From the NCBI GenBank assembly GCA_964362455.1, contig CAYIEJ010000001.1, positions 1 through 34,775 of the forward strand: a stretch of 34,775 nt of DNA, given 5' to 3'. This document shows, in pieces, positions 1 to 8,651 of this stretch; within the stretch, counting starts at the first letter, position 1, and every line of letters starts with the position of its first letter. The translations under genes and the position numbers were made by a program. The notes beneath the pieces are model-generated. The model was given only the letters and a program-made list of their open reading frames with translations, had not been told where the DNA came from and did not search any database. This DNA comes from an uncultured Candidatus Saccharibacteria bacterium. Lineage in GTDB: Bacteria; Patescibacteriota; Minisyncoccia; UBA6257; GWB1-50-10.

Positions 1-63
1 ATGTTGATCATGTTTTGATGTGCGTCCGCGATTTCTAACGGGATTCATCCTGTTAAAAATTCT

Positions 64-1656
64 TTAAAGGTTGTCTGGAGGAACATTATAGTAGGTTAAA
101 ACGAATTGCGCGAGCTCCCTAAAAGCCGGCACGACGGTGACGCCGGCTAAAGTGGCGTTAGGTTTGTCTAATTTAATGAGAATCACGAAACGAGGCGCGC
201 TTGCCGGCGCAAAGCCGACGTAACTATGGATAAATTCTTCGGTGTAGCCGCCGGTTTGAAAATTCGGGATTTGGGCTGTGCCGGTTTTGCCGGCCACTCG
301 ATAGCTCGGAATTGCCGCGACCTGGGCTTTTTCCACGGCTGACACCATCATTTTTGTGACTTTTTCCGCAGTTTCTTTACTGATCACTCTTCTAACAATA
401 GACGGTTCGGTTTCGGCATTGACATAAGGTTTCATTAAAAGACCGCCATTCGCGATTGCCGAGAAAGCGTTTGCAAGTTGGAGCGGCGTTACTGCCGTGC
501 CTTGGCCAAAAGAGGCAGTCGCAAAATCAATAGGTCGCGCATCTTTTTTCTCAAGATTTTTCAAACTGCCGTTTGTTTCATCTGGCAGATCAATGTCGGT
601 TTTTTGAGCAAAACCAAATTTTTTAAGATATTCGTAAAATTTTGCATTGCCAATAAGTTTTTGGGCGTAAACCGCGCCGGTGTTGATTGAGCGTTCAATT
701 ACGTTGGTCATCGTCACTTTGCCGTAAGCTTTCTCATCCCAGTTTTTAATTGTTTTGCCGTTTAAGGTGACACTGCCAGAATCATTAAAAATTGTTTCCG
801 GCGTTAAAGCGCCGGTTTCAATGCCAGTGGCCATTGTCAGCGGTTTAAAAACCGAGCCCGGTTCATAGACGTATTGAACGGCCGGATTTAGAAAATTTTT
901 AACCGGTGATTCGCTGTATTGGTTCGGGTTAAAATCCGGGGCATTGGCCAAAGTTAGAATTTTTCCGGTCGTTGGTTCCTGGATAATAATTGTGCCGCCG
1001 GTTGCGTCGTATTCCTCAATTAATTTTTGAAGTATTTGTTCTGACTGGGCCTGAAGGTTTTGGTCAATAGTTAATTTAATATCGCCGCCCGGGGTGAGTT
1101 TCTCATTGTAAAATTTTTCAATGCCGTAGAGACCGATGGGTTCACTGTAAGTTTCGTTTACACCCACAAAACCAAGTAAATGCGAACCTAATTGCTGATA
1201 AGGATAATAGCGATATTGTTTATCTCTTATGTGAATGCCTTTGATATTTTCTGTCTTTAGATTATTAACAAAATCTATCTGTTCTTTGGTCGGTTCTTCA
1301 ACCAGCATTTCAAAGCGGCTGTTTTTTTTGCTTAAAATTTTGGTCAGTGCCTCTTCTTTAAAACTGATTGTGGCGGCAAGCAACTTGGAAGTTTTTTGAG
1401 GGTCTTTAATCTCTTCCGGACCGGCAAAAATAACCGGTTTGTCGCGGTTTTGTGAAACAGGAATTAATTTTTGGTTGCGGTCGGTAAAAAAAACCTGGCC
1501 GCGTCTTAATGCCAAGTCCGCATTAAATTTTTTTATTATTTCAGCTTCTTTAGAAAACTCAGCGCTATTTATGATTTGTATTTTATAGAGTTGAAAACCA
1601 AGCAGGCCGTAAAGCGATGTGAATGTTAAAACTAGAAGGACAAACCGGATACCCAT
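64..1656 (-). CDS. ftsI: Penicillin-binding protein, peptidoglycan D,D-transpeptidase (FtsI/PBP3-like)
   Basis: 530-aa ORF with N-terminal TM helix. Transpeptidase motifs SxxK (GSVFKP), SxN (RSINTG) and KTG (GKTGTA). Last gene of the mraZ-rsmH-ftsL-ftsI order. Confidence 0.85.
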   Translation of the reverse strand: MGIRFVLLVLTFTSLYGLLGFQLYKIQIINSAEFSKEAEIIKKFNADLALRRGQVFFTDRNQKLIPVSQNRDKPVIFAGPEEIKDPQKTSKLLAATISFKEEALTKILSKKNSRFEMLVEEPTKEQIDFVNNLKTENIKGIHIRDKQYRYYPYQQLGSHLLGFVGVNETYSEPIGLYGIEKFYNEKLTPGGDIKLTIDQNLQAQSEQILQKLIEEYDATGGTIIIQEPTTGKILTLANAPDFNPNQYSESPVKNFLNPAVQYVYEPGSVFKPLTMATGIETGALTPETIFNDSGSVTLNGKTIKNWDEKAYGKVTMTNVIERSINTGAVYAQKLIGNAKFYEYLKKFGFAQKTDIDLPDETNGSLKNLEKKDARPIDFATASFGQGTAVTPLQLANAFSAIANGGLLMKPYVNAETEPSIVRRVISKETAEKVTKMMVSAVEKAQVAAIPSYRVAGKTGTAQIPNFQTGGYTEEFIHSYVGFAPASAPRFVILIKLDKPNATLAGVTVVPAFRELAQFVLTYYNVPPDNL

Positions 1657-1943
1657 TGTTTCGTATTAAAATATTCAGGATTTTTCTCTAAAACTAACTG
1701 ATTTTCCACAGCTAAACCTTCCAATTTTGTCGGGTCCAGAATTTGATAAAGATTATTTTTTAAATCGGCATTCTGAATTTGGAGCTCAACAATCGCTTTT
1801 TCGTTAGATTCTATCTGATTTTTGATATTAACCAAAGAATTGTATTCAAAGATATAAATACTGCCGCCAAGGGCGCCAAGGGCGAAAATTGAGATAAAAA
1901 AGCGCAGATAAATATGGGTTTTATGAGGTTTTATAATGGTCAT
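1632..1943 (-). CDS. ftsL: FtsL-like cell division protein (single TM helix plus coiled coil)
   Basis: 103-aa ORF with one hydrophobic helix (FISIFALGALGGSIYIF) followed by a heptad-like segment. Sits in the conserved slot between rsmH and ftsI. The call rests on position and architecture, not sequence identity. Confidence 0.6.
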   Translation of the reverse strand: MTIIKPHKTHIYLRFFISIFALGALGGSIYIFEYNSLVNIKNQIESNEKAIVELQIQNADLKNNLYQILDPTKLEGLAVENQLVLEKNPEYFNTKQWVSGLSF

Positions 1944-1967
1944 AAGTTAGGTGGTAGGAATTAAGAT

Positions 1968-2852
1968 TTAGGGATTGGGACTTTTTGTTATTTTTATTGC
2001 TCGCAATTTTGCGGAACGAGCTCGTGGATTTTCTATAATTTCTTCTCGAGTTGGTGAAATCGGTTTTTTTGTGAGTAAAGTCACTTGGTTATTTTTTGCT
2101 AAATTGCGGAATGCGTTTTTTACTATTCTGTCTTCCAATGAATGAAAAGATATAATTACTACTCGTCCCTCCGGACGCATTATATTTGGGATTTGGTCTA
2201 AGAGTGTTTTGAGGTTTTCCAATTCCCTGTTTACAAAAATTCGTATTGCTAAAAATGTTCTTGTTGCGGGATGGATGCGGCCGCGTTCGTAATTTATCGG
2301 CACCGCAGCTTTGATGACTTCAGATAATTTTCCGCTTGTCGCGATTGGCAGATTTTTCTTTATGGCTTTTGCGATTCTCGCCGCAAACCGTTCTTCGCCG
2401 AATTCTTTAATGATTTGCGTAAGTTTTTCTTCGTTTAAATCTTTTAGCCACTCATAAGCCGGCTTTTCGTTTATATCGTAGGTCATAAGCAGCGCTTCAT
2501 CACGGAGAAAACTGAAGCCCCGTTGCGATTTTTCTATTTGGTCTGAAGAAAAACCCAAATCGAGGAGCAGGCCATCGGCTTTCGGTAGGCCGTTTCTTTT
2601 TAGAATTTCTGGCAGATCGGCGTAATTACCCCGAATCAAAATTAAATTTTTTTGATTCTTTGTCTGCTTTTCATAATTTATTATCGCCCCCTCGTCTCGA
2701 TCAACTCCTAAAAAAATTCCATTCGGTTTTATACGCTCGATTATTTTTTTTGCGTGGCCCGCATTGCCCAAAGTGCCGTCAATGAAAAATTCTCCGGACC
2801 CTGGTTTTAAAATTTCTATTGTTTCTTTTAAAAGAACTGGAATGTGCGTCAT
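1968..2852 (-). CDS. rsmH: 16S rRNA (cytosine1402-N4)-methyltransferase RsmH/MraW
   Basis: 294 aa with SAM-binding DGTLGNAGHA and the hallmark ISFHSLEDRIVK motif. Lies directly downstream of mraZ. Confidence 0.93.
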   Translation of the reverse strand: MTHIPVLLKETIEILKPGSGEFFIDGTLGNAGHAKKIIERIKPNGIFLGVDRDEGAIINYEKQTKNQKNLILIRGNYADLPEILKRNGLPKADGLLLDLGFSSDQIEKSQRGFSFLRDEALLMTYDINEKPAYEWLKDLNEEKLTQIIKEFGEERFAARIAKAIKKNLPIATSGKLSEVIKAAVPINYERGRIHPATRTFLAIRIFVNRELENLKTLLDQIPNIMRPEGRVVIISFHSLEDRIVKNAFRNLAKNNQVTLLTKKPISPTREEIIENPRARSAKLRAIKITKSPNP

Positions 2853-2940
2853 TGGAGATTTATCGAGATTCGCTCCGCGAGATTCCGTAGTGATTATTCG
2901 TAATATAATTGAATCTCCATTTGTATTTCAATTTGAATAT

Positions 2941-3372
2941 CTAAATTCCGAGCTCTGATAATTTTTCCGCTATTTCATCTGAAGCAGTTTCTGTTTTGAT
3001 TTTGTAGTGTTTCCATGTTTCGCTTTCCCAGATTTCAATACGGTTATAAAGACCAGCGACAATCACCTCTTTTTTTAAATCAGCATATTTTCGCAGGTAA
3101 TCAGGAATCAATATGCGGCCCTGGGCATCTAATTCAACATCCATTGCGCCGGCAAGCATCAGTCGTCCAAAGGCGCGGGCATCGGCCTGGGCAATCGGTA
3201 AGGCAATCAGTTTTTGGGCCAGGGTTTCCCAGTCTTTTAAATCAAAAATAAACAAACAATGATCTAATCCTTTGGTAATAATGGCGCCGGCGTTTAGTTT
3301 TGTTCTAAATTTTGCCGGTATTGCCATTCGACCTTTGGCATCCAAATTGTGATGATATTCACCTAAAAACAT
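2941..3372 (-). CDS. mraZ: Transcriptional regulator MraZ
   Basis: 143 aa with two MraZ/SpoVT-AbrB repeats carrying DxxxR motifs (LDAKGRMAIP, LDAQGRILIP). First gene of the dcw cluster. Confidence 0.93.
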   Translation of the reverse strand: MFLGEYHHNLDAKGRMAIPAKFRTKLNAGAIITKGLDHCLFIFDLKDWETLAQKLIALPIAQADARAFGRLMLAGAMDVELDAQGRILIPDYLRKYADLKKEVIVAGLYNRIEIWESETWKHYKIKTETASDEIAEKLSELGI

Positions 3373-3378
3373 TTTTTG

Positions 3379-3450
3379 GTTATCCCCAGAATTGATGGCT
3401 TATCCCCATAGTTATCCACAATTCCCTACTTAACATTTAGAATACCCCAC
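3379..3450 (-). promoter_or_regulatory. Putative MraZ operator: direct repeats of a TGGGGATAA-type box upstream of mraZ
   Basis: Read on the minus strand: GTGGGGTATT (3450-3441), TGTGGATAAC (3420-3411), TGGGGATAAG (3408-3399), TGGGGATAAC (3388-3379). The last box ends 6 nt before the mraZ ATG. MraZ is known to bind tandem GTGGG-containing repeats in its own promoter. A TTGACA lies at 3466-3461. Confidence 0.55.
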
Positions 3451-3564
3451 CTAGCTTTTTTGTCAAAATTAAAAAACCGACATATTTTTACCTGCCGATT
3501 CTTAAAAAGTTATTTATTTATGCGGATAATCGATTTATTGTCTTTGGAATTATTAACAGATTAT

Positions 3565-3984
3565 TCACTCTTTAAAAAGTGGTTTATCGTTTTCTTTTTT
3601 ATCCAATTCAAGACAGACCGAGTTTATGCAGTAGCGTTTTCCGGTCGGTTCTGGGCCATCATCAAAAACATGTCCTAAGTGAGCGCCGCAGCGTTGGCAT
3701 TTAACTTCGGTTCTTTTCATATTATGACTTTCATCTGATTCGGTTTCAATATTTTCATGAGTGAAGGGTTTAAAAAAACTTGGCCAGCCGGTGCCTGAAT
3801 CAAATTTTGTTTCAGACGAGAAGAGTTCATTACCGCAAGCGGTACATTTGTAGACGCCCTTTTCTTTGGTTTTATAATATTTACCAGAAAATGGGGGTTC
3901 AGTTCCCTTTTCGCGCATCACTTTATATTGATCTGGGGCAAGCTCTTTTTTCCATTCTTCTTCGTTTTTTATAACTTTAGCCAT
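3565..3984 (-). CDS. msrB: Peptide-methionine (R)-S-oxide reductase MsrB
   Basis: 139 aa with two CxxC zinc pairs (CTACGNE, CQRCGAH) and the catalytic RYCINS motif. Confidence 0.92.
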   Translation of the reverse strand: MAKVIKNEEEWKKELAPDQYKVMREKGTEPPFSGKYYKTKEKGVYKCTACGNELFSSETKFDSGTGWPSFFKPFTHENIETESDESHNMKRTEVKCQRCGAHLGHVFDDGPEPTGKRYCINSVCLELDKKENDKPLFKE

Positions 3985-4027
3985 AGTTTTATTTAAGCAA
4001 ATTATTACTTTTTAAAACAGCCCATCC

Positions 4028-4061
4028 AAAAATAAAAGCAGCCCTCCTCACAAAGGCCGCT
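4028..4061 (-). terminator. Rho-independent terminator after the DUF378 gene
   Basis: Minus-strand RNA AGCGGCC-(11 nt loop)-GGCUGCU forms 7 bp including one G-U, followed by UUUUAUUUUU. Confidence 0.5.
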
Positions 4062-4086
4062 TTTATCTTAATTCACGAAATAATAC

Positions 4087-4284
4087 TTATTTTGGCATTG
4101 ACTCACCCTTCTTTGGCTTAACCAGCATTAAAATTGTTGACAGACCGACCAGAACGTAAATAATCCGCGAAATAAAAGCATCCTGACCGCCAAAGATTTG
4201 GCCAATATCCCATCCGAGGACACCAACCAAGAGCCAGTTTAAGCCGCCGATAACAAGTAGCCAATAAGCGAGTTTGTTCATCAT
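4087..4284 (-). CDS. DUF378-family small membrane protein
   Basis: 65 aa with two TM helices and a GGLNWLLVG signature typical of DUF378/YuzA-like proteins. Confidence 0.7.
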   Translation of the reverse strand: MMNKLAYWLLVIGGLNWLLVGVLGWDIGQIFGGQDAFISRIIYVLVGLSTILMLVKPKKGESMPK

Positions 4285-4377
4285 TTTATTTGACTTATTG
4301 TGGCCGACCTTTACCTTCTTTAATTATACACTATTGGCCTTAGCCGGTTGGTGGAAAACTCAAAAATAGCGTTTTTA

Positions 4378-5481
4378 TCACGGTTTTAGGAGTTTTAAAG
4401 CGGCAATTTCCTTGGCTGTTTCTCGTGAGTATTTATTTTCTTTACCGGCTTTTTCCAGAACTTTTTGCACGCTTGTTGAGATTTTTTCGTTTATTAATTT
4501 AAACATCTCTTTTTCGCCATAGCCACAATGCTCGGCGTAGGAAGAGATGACGCCGCCGGCATTCGCGACAATATCGGGGACAACCAATATTCCTCTATCC
4601 TCAAGTTGGCGTTCGATGTGTTCGCGCATCGGGATATTGGCCCCTTCGACGATTATTTTCGTTTTGATGTCATTGACGTTGTTTTCGTTAATTACATCCG
4701 GAAGGGCGGCTGGGATTAAAATATCTACGTCAAGTTCAAAAATTTTTTGGCCAATTAACTTTTGAGCATTCTTATAAGCCGTAACGCTCCCCCCAGATTT
4801 TTTAGCCGCCACTACTTCCTCATAATTTAAACCGTTGGAGTCGTATATTGCGCCACTGGAATCCGAAACTGAAACAATCTTTGCGTCCGCTTCTGATAAA
4901 AATTTAAATACGAATGTTCCGACATTGCCAAAACCCTCGATTGCGACCGCAGCGCTTTTTATGTTTAGGCCAAAAAATTTTGCGGCGATTTTCGCGGCTT
5001 CGGCTATACCGTAGCCAGTGCTTCCCAGTTCATGGGGAAGGCCGCCGAGGCTTTTGGGTTTTCCGGTGGCTGCTTTTTGATTTCCGGCGACGGCAACAAA
5101 CTGAGCCATTTCAATTTCGGTGGTATTTACATCTGGACCGGCTATATAATGTTTAATTAAAAAAGGTTTAAGTTGATAAGCAAACCATTGAATAATTTCT
5201 TGTTTTTCGGCTGGCGTGTGATTTTTTGGGTCAAAAGCGATGCCGGATTTGGCGCCGCCGAAAGGAATATCTGCCAATGCGTTTTTGTAAGTCATTGCTC
5301 TTGCGAGCCGCGCCACTTCGTTTTCCGTTACATTAGGCGTCATTCTTATCCCGCCTTTGCCCGGTCCGAGAGTAAGGTTGTCTATCACCAAATATGCCCA
5401 AGTGCCATATTTATGATTGAGAGTTTTAAAAATATATTCCGGACCCAGCGAATCGCCTTTAAGCAAGATGTCATTTTCCAT
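4378..5481 (-). CDS. Glu/Leu/Phe/Val-family amino-acid dehydrogenase (short GDH-like)
   Basis: 367 aa with the catalytic-lysine motif GPGKGGIRM, the AxxMTYKNA region and a Rossmann GFGNVG dinucleotide motif. Substrate cannot be decided from sequence alone. Confidence 0.85.
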   Translation of the reverse strand: MENDILLKGDSLGPEYIFKTLNHKYGTWAYLVIDNLTLGPGKGGIRMTPNVTENEVARLARAMTYKNALADIPFGGAKSGIAFDPKNHTPAEKQEIIQWFAYQLKPFLIKHYIAGPDVNTTEIEMAQFVAVAGNQKAATGKPKSLGGLPHELGSTGYGIAEAAKIAAKFFGLNIKSAAVAIEGFGNVGTFVFKFLSEADAKIVSVSDSSGAIYDSNGLNYEEVVAAKKSGGSVTAYKNAQKLIGQKIFELDVDILIPAALPDVINENNVNDIKTKIIVEGANIPMREHIERQLEDRGILVVPDIVANAGGVISSYAEHCGYGEKEMFKLINEKISTSVQKVLEKAGKENKYSRETAKEIAALKLLKP

Positions 5482-5604
5482 GTTGTTGGATTATTTTAGC
5501 ATAAAAATACCCACATTTGGGTGGGGCGGTTAAAGAATTTAAAAAATAACTACCTTCGAGTTGAAGTTCGAAGAAATTTGAATAAAACAATCGGTTAAAA
5601 GCTG

Positions 5605-5715
5605 TTATTTAATTTCTTTCATTTTGCGGCGGGCGCCGCATTTTAAGCAAACAATTGGCTTGTTTTGCTTTGTTCGGCGTTTTGCCTTGCAGGCTCCGCA
5701 TTTCCAAAGTCGCAT
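5605..5715 (-). CDS. Small basic zinc-ribbon protein (36 aa), absent from the ORF track
   Basis: Hand translation gives MRLWKCGACKAKRRTKQNKPIVCLKCGARRKMKEIK. Pattern is CxxC-13-CxxC and the peptide is highly basic. It fills an otherwise empty 370-nt gap. Confidence 0.45.
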   Translation of the reverse strand: MRLWKCGACKAKRRTKQNKPIVCLKCGARRKMKEIK

Positions 5716-5857
5716 AGATTTAACTTATAATTAATGACTTTCGACCTTTGGGTTACTTTAATTATAACACTGCTGTAACACACCACCATATTTGGCGTAT
5801 ATATCCGAAAGGGTGGTTAATAAAGGTCGGTAAATTAAAAGGGTTTAGTTTTCCATT

Positions 5858-6298
5858 ATGACTATGACGAAAAAAATTACAACTCTTTTTGTTGTGACAT
5901 TTATGATTTTGGGGATAAATTTGCGTGCAAGAGCAGAAACAACCCCACCGCAGAAAGTTATTCCGGCAGTTATTCAAACGCTCGGTTCAACTACAAATCA
6001 GTTGCAACAACTTCAATTCCAATCCGTCGTTGAACAGAATAGATTGATTGGGATAAGAGGTCGGCTGGTTGCGCTTATTTTAGAGCTTCAAGAACTTAGC
6101 CGTTTACCAATGAATACACCTTCAGAAATTCAAGCGGTTAAAACAGTGATCCAAAATACAAATAATGTTGTAGGTTCAGCAGCAAATGAAGTTAAAATAA
6201 TTCAAGAAAAGCGCACGACCCAAACGAAGATTCTTAAAGAACTTACTGTTAAGTTTCAGACACTGATTGGTCTTATAACGCAATTATCAAAATTATGA
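5858..6298 (+). CDS. Hypothetical secreted coiled-coil protein
   Basis: 146 aa with a signal-peptide-like N-terminus (KKITTLFVVTFMILGINLRARA/ET). The rest is Q/L-rich and helical. Followed by a strong terminator. Confidence 0.6.
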   Translation: MTMTKKITTLFVVTFMILGINLRARAETTPPQKVIPAVIQTLGSTTNQLQQLQFQSVVEQNRLIGIRGRLVALILELQELSRLPMNTPSEIQAVKTVIQNTNNVVGSAANEVKIIQEKRTTQTKILKELTVKFQTLIGLITQLSKL

Positions 6299-6320
6299 AG
6301 CCCAGACAAAATAAGAAGAT

Positions 6321-6355
6321 AAATTAAAACTCCCGTCTTGGACGGGAGGTTTTGT
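6321..6355. terminator. Bidirectional rho-independent terminator between convergent genes
   Basis: Perfect 8-bp stem CTCCCGTC/GACGGGAG (6330-6337 / 6341-6348) with a 3-nt loop. Flanked by an A-run on one side and GTTTTGTTT on the other. Confidence 0.8.
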
Positions 6356-7429
6356 TTATAAAAGTTTTTCTATTCTTATTCCCAACAATCTAATTAATTT
6401 TTGGTTTGGGTTATCTCGTTTATCTAAAAACGGCAGTAAAAGACGCAATGCTTCGAATTGAAGAGTTTTTAAATCGCGAGCCGGTTCGTTTAAGGTGTGT
6501 GAACGGCTTTTGGGTTCAAAATCATGAAAGCGGACAGTTAAAACCACGCTTTTATAACCTTTAAAATTACTTGACTTAAAACGGGTGAAAATGTTTTGTG
6601 AAAGTTTATTAAGTCGCTCGGATAAAAAATTTAAATCTTTTGTATCCTTGGAGAAAGTCTCTTGTTCGCCGATTGATTTCACTTCATATTCTTCTGTTAT
6701 CGGCGAACTATCTATACCGCGGATTTTTGCGTATAATTCGGCTCCCCACTTTCCCATAATCTTTTTAAATTCTTCTTGGGAAAAATCTTTTAAATCTTTA
6801 ACGCACTTAACCCCTAATTTTTTAAAAATTTCTTCGGTTTTCGGGCCGATGCCTGGAATTTTTCTAATTGCTAAAGGTTCTAAAAACTTTTCCGTATCTT
6901 TTTCTTCAATAATGATAAGGCTGTCTGGTTTTTTGAAGTCTGCCGCGATTTTGGCAATGAGTTTGTTGGGACCGATGCCGATTGAACAGGTTAGTTGCTC
7001 TTGTTCTTTTATCTCGCTTTTTATTTTTTCGCAGATATTTCTTGCTTTTTGAAAATTTTCGATAAAGCTTAAATCAAGATAGACTTCATCAATGCTTGCT
7101 TGTTCTATGAGCGGCACATACCTTTTGATAATAGTGATGATGCTTTGCGAAACTTGACTATAACAAGAAAAATTTGGGCTGACAAAGATAACTGCTTCTT
7201 TGCTGGCTTTTCTTGCTTCTTCAGATAAACGCCAAGCTGTTGAAATCGGCATCGCCGAATGAATGCCATATTCCCGGGCCTTGTAATTAGCAGTTGAAAC
7301 AACGCCTCGGCCTTTGCCGTCTTGCGGATCGGCTCCGACAACAATCGGTTTGTTTTTTAACCGCGGTTTATCTCTTTCCTCAATCGCAGCAAAAAACGCA
7401 TCCATATCTAAAAGACCGATTATTCGCAT
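6356..7429 (-). CDS. dinB: DNA polymerase IV (Y-family translesion polymerase)
   Basis: 357 aa with N-terminal LDMDAFFAAIEERD, SIDEVYLD catalytic acidic residues and a GIGPKTEE helix-hairpin-helix. Confidence 0.92.
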   Translation of the reverse strand: MRIIGLLDMDAFFAAIEERDKPRLKNKPIVVGADPQDGKGRGVVSTANYKAREYGIHSAMPISTAWRLSEEARKASKEAVIFVSPNFSCYSQVSQSIITIIKRYVPLIEQASIDEVYLDLSFIENFQKARNICEKIKSEIKEQEQLTCSIGIGPNKLIAKIAADFKKPDSLIIIEEKDTEKFLEPLAIRKIPGIGPKTEEIFKKLGVKCVKDLKDFSQEEFKKIMGKWGAELYAKIRGIDSSPITEEYEVKSIGEQETFSKDTKDLNFLSERLNKLSQNIFTRFKSSNFKGYKSVVLTVRFHDFEPKSRSHTLNEPARDLKTLQFEALRLLLPFLDKRDNPNQKLIRLLGIRIEKLL

Positions 7430-7456
7430 AGAGATAGATTGGTTTTATTCGCAATG

Positions 7457-7528
7457 TGGGCGCACGAGGAATCGAACCTCGACTCTTCGCAATGTGAATG
7501 CGACGTTTTACCATTAAACCATGCGCCC
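7457..7528 (-). tRNA. tRNA-Val (anticodon CAC), no encoded CCA
   Basis: Hand-folded cloverleaf. Acceptor GGGCGCA/TGCGCCC, D arm GTTT-AATGGTA-AAAC, anticodon arm TCGCA-TTCACAT-TGCGA, T arm CGAGG-TTCGATT-CCTCG, discriminator A. Confidence 0.88.
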
Positions 7529-7542
7529 AACATTTAAAAGTT

Positions 7543-7572
7543 AAAACAAAAAGACGCACTTTTCAATGCGCC
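7543..7572 (-). terminator. Rho-independent terminator after rplL
   Basis: Minus-strand GGCGCA-(8 nt)-UGCGUC forms 6 bp with one G-U, followed by UUUUUGUUUU. Confidence 0.55.
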
Positions 7573-7587
7573 TTTTTTATTAAAGTT

Positions 7588-7953
7588 TTAAGCCAATTCG
7601 ACTACAGCTCCGACTTCCTCAAGTTTCTTTCTCAATTCTTCCGCTTCTTCTTTCTTTACGTCTCCTTTTATTGGTTTCGGCGCGCCTTCAACCAAATCCT
7701 TCGCTTCCTTAAGTCCTATTCCCGTTATCTCTTTTACAATTTTGATGACATTTATTTTTTGTTCACCGGCTGATTTCAAAATTACGTTAAATGTTGTTTT
7801 TACCTCTTCGGCAGCGCCGCCTGCACCGGGAGCAGCCATTGTCATTGCCGCAGCAGAAACGCCGAATTTTTCTTCAAGCGTTTTTACTAAATCAGCAAGC
7901 TCTACAACCGTGAGCGATTCAATTTTTGAAATTATATCCTGAAATTTTTCCAT
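7588..7953 (-). CDS. rplL: 50S ribosomal protein L7/L12
   Basis: 121 aa with an Ala/Gly hinge ([17 protein letters not shown]) and a C-terminal [12 protein letters not shown] motif. Confidence 0.96.
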   Translation of the reverse strand: MEKFQDIISKIESLTVVELADLVKTLEEKFGVSAAAMTMAAPGAGGAAEEVKTTFNVILKSAGEQKINVIKIVKEITGIGLKEAKDLVEGAPKPIKGDVKKEEAEELRKKLEEVGAVVELA

Positions 7954-8012
7954 TTTAGGGTAATTGGCAATTAGTAATTTGTAATTAGTTTTTAATTACT
8001 ACTTACCATTTA

Positions 8013-8516
8013 CTAATTACTATTATCCGACCTTTTTGCTTTTTCGTTTAACACAAACAATAATTTTTTGATTGGCGTTCCAATCATTACAACTAGTTGG
8101 GTTAATAAGATTTCTCGGTTGGGCAATTGGCCTAATCGTTTGATAAAATCGGCTTCAACAAACTTTTTTTCTTTTATATCGAAACCGCCGACAATTTTGA
8201 ATGCTTCTTTGTTTTTGGAGAATTTGTAAGCAATATTTGAAGTTTCAATTAAATCTTTGGGCGAGAAAATTACTCCAGTTTGGCCGTCGAATTTTTCACG
8301 CTCGAATTTTATCCCTTCTTTTTCAAAAATAATCTTAAGCAACCGCTTTTTTAAAACTTTGAATCCGATATCCAGGGTTTTTAGAGATTTGCGAAACGCG
8401 TTCAGATCGTTGACTTTAAGACCGGTGAAATCAGCTAAAATAATAGCTTCGCTGTTTTTTAAGCCTTTCAAACCTTCTTCTATTGCTTTTGTTTTTTGAG
8501 CTTTTGTTTTTGCCAT
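8013..8516 (-). CDS. rplJ: 50S ribosomal protein L10
   Basis: L10 family, immediately upstream of rplL. I prefer the ATG at 8516 (MAKTKAQKTKAIEE...) over the track start at 8558, which would run into the leader structure. Confidence 0.88.
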   Translation of the reverse strand: MAKTKAQKTKAIEEGLKGLKNSEAIILADFTGLKVNDLNAFRKSLKTLDIGFKVLKKRLLKIIFEKEGIKFEREKFDGQTGVIFSPKDLIETSNIAYKFSKNKEAFKIVGGFDIKEKKFVEADFIKRLGQLPNREILLTQLVVMIGTPIKKLLFVLNEKAKRSDNSN

Positions 8517-8530
8517 ATTTAATAAAAATC

Positions 8531-8619
8531 CGCGGTTTTTCCGCAGATAACAAAGCAAATTTTGCTTTATCCTCGGTGGGACTTAGTTTTTGCCCACTGT
8601 CTGCGGATAGTTTAATAAT
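8531..8619 (-). ncRNA. Ribosomal protein L10 leader-like attenuator
   Basis: Minus-strand 5'UTR. UCCGCAGA pairs with UCUGCGGA and encloses two hairpins (GUGGG/CCCAC and AAAGCAAA/UUUGCUUU). The same UCUGCGG can instead pair with CCGCGGA followed by UUUUUAUU, which is a terminator alternative. A TTGACA-16-TATTAT promoter candidate lies just upstream (about 8623-8650). Confidence 0.55.
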
Positions 8620-8651
8620 AAGCGGTCTTAGTTTATTGTCAAGTCTTTCCT

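Noticed and set aside
1-48. Possible start of the next minus-strand gene (ATG at 48; MNPVRNRGRTSKHDQH...), 15 nt after the ftsI stop.
   Set aside because: Only 16 codons are visible, the RBS is weak and there is no recognisable motif. It cannot be supported from this window.
478-690. 70-aa plus-strand ORF. Many similar 60-110-aa track ORFs lie antisense to clear genes, e.g. 2764..2958, 3015..3251, 4528..4765, 4914..5499, 6585..7052, 9472..9693, 11207..11672, 22983..24141, 24705..25283, 31471..31742 and 33017..33208.
   Set aside because: Each lies wholly inside, and antisense to or out of frame with, a long ORF carrying unmistakable family motifs. They have low-complexity or odd composition and no RBS. 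These are shadow ORFs.
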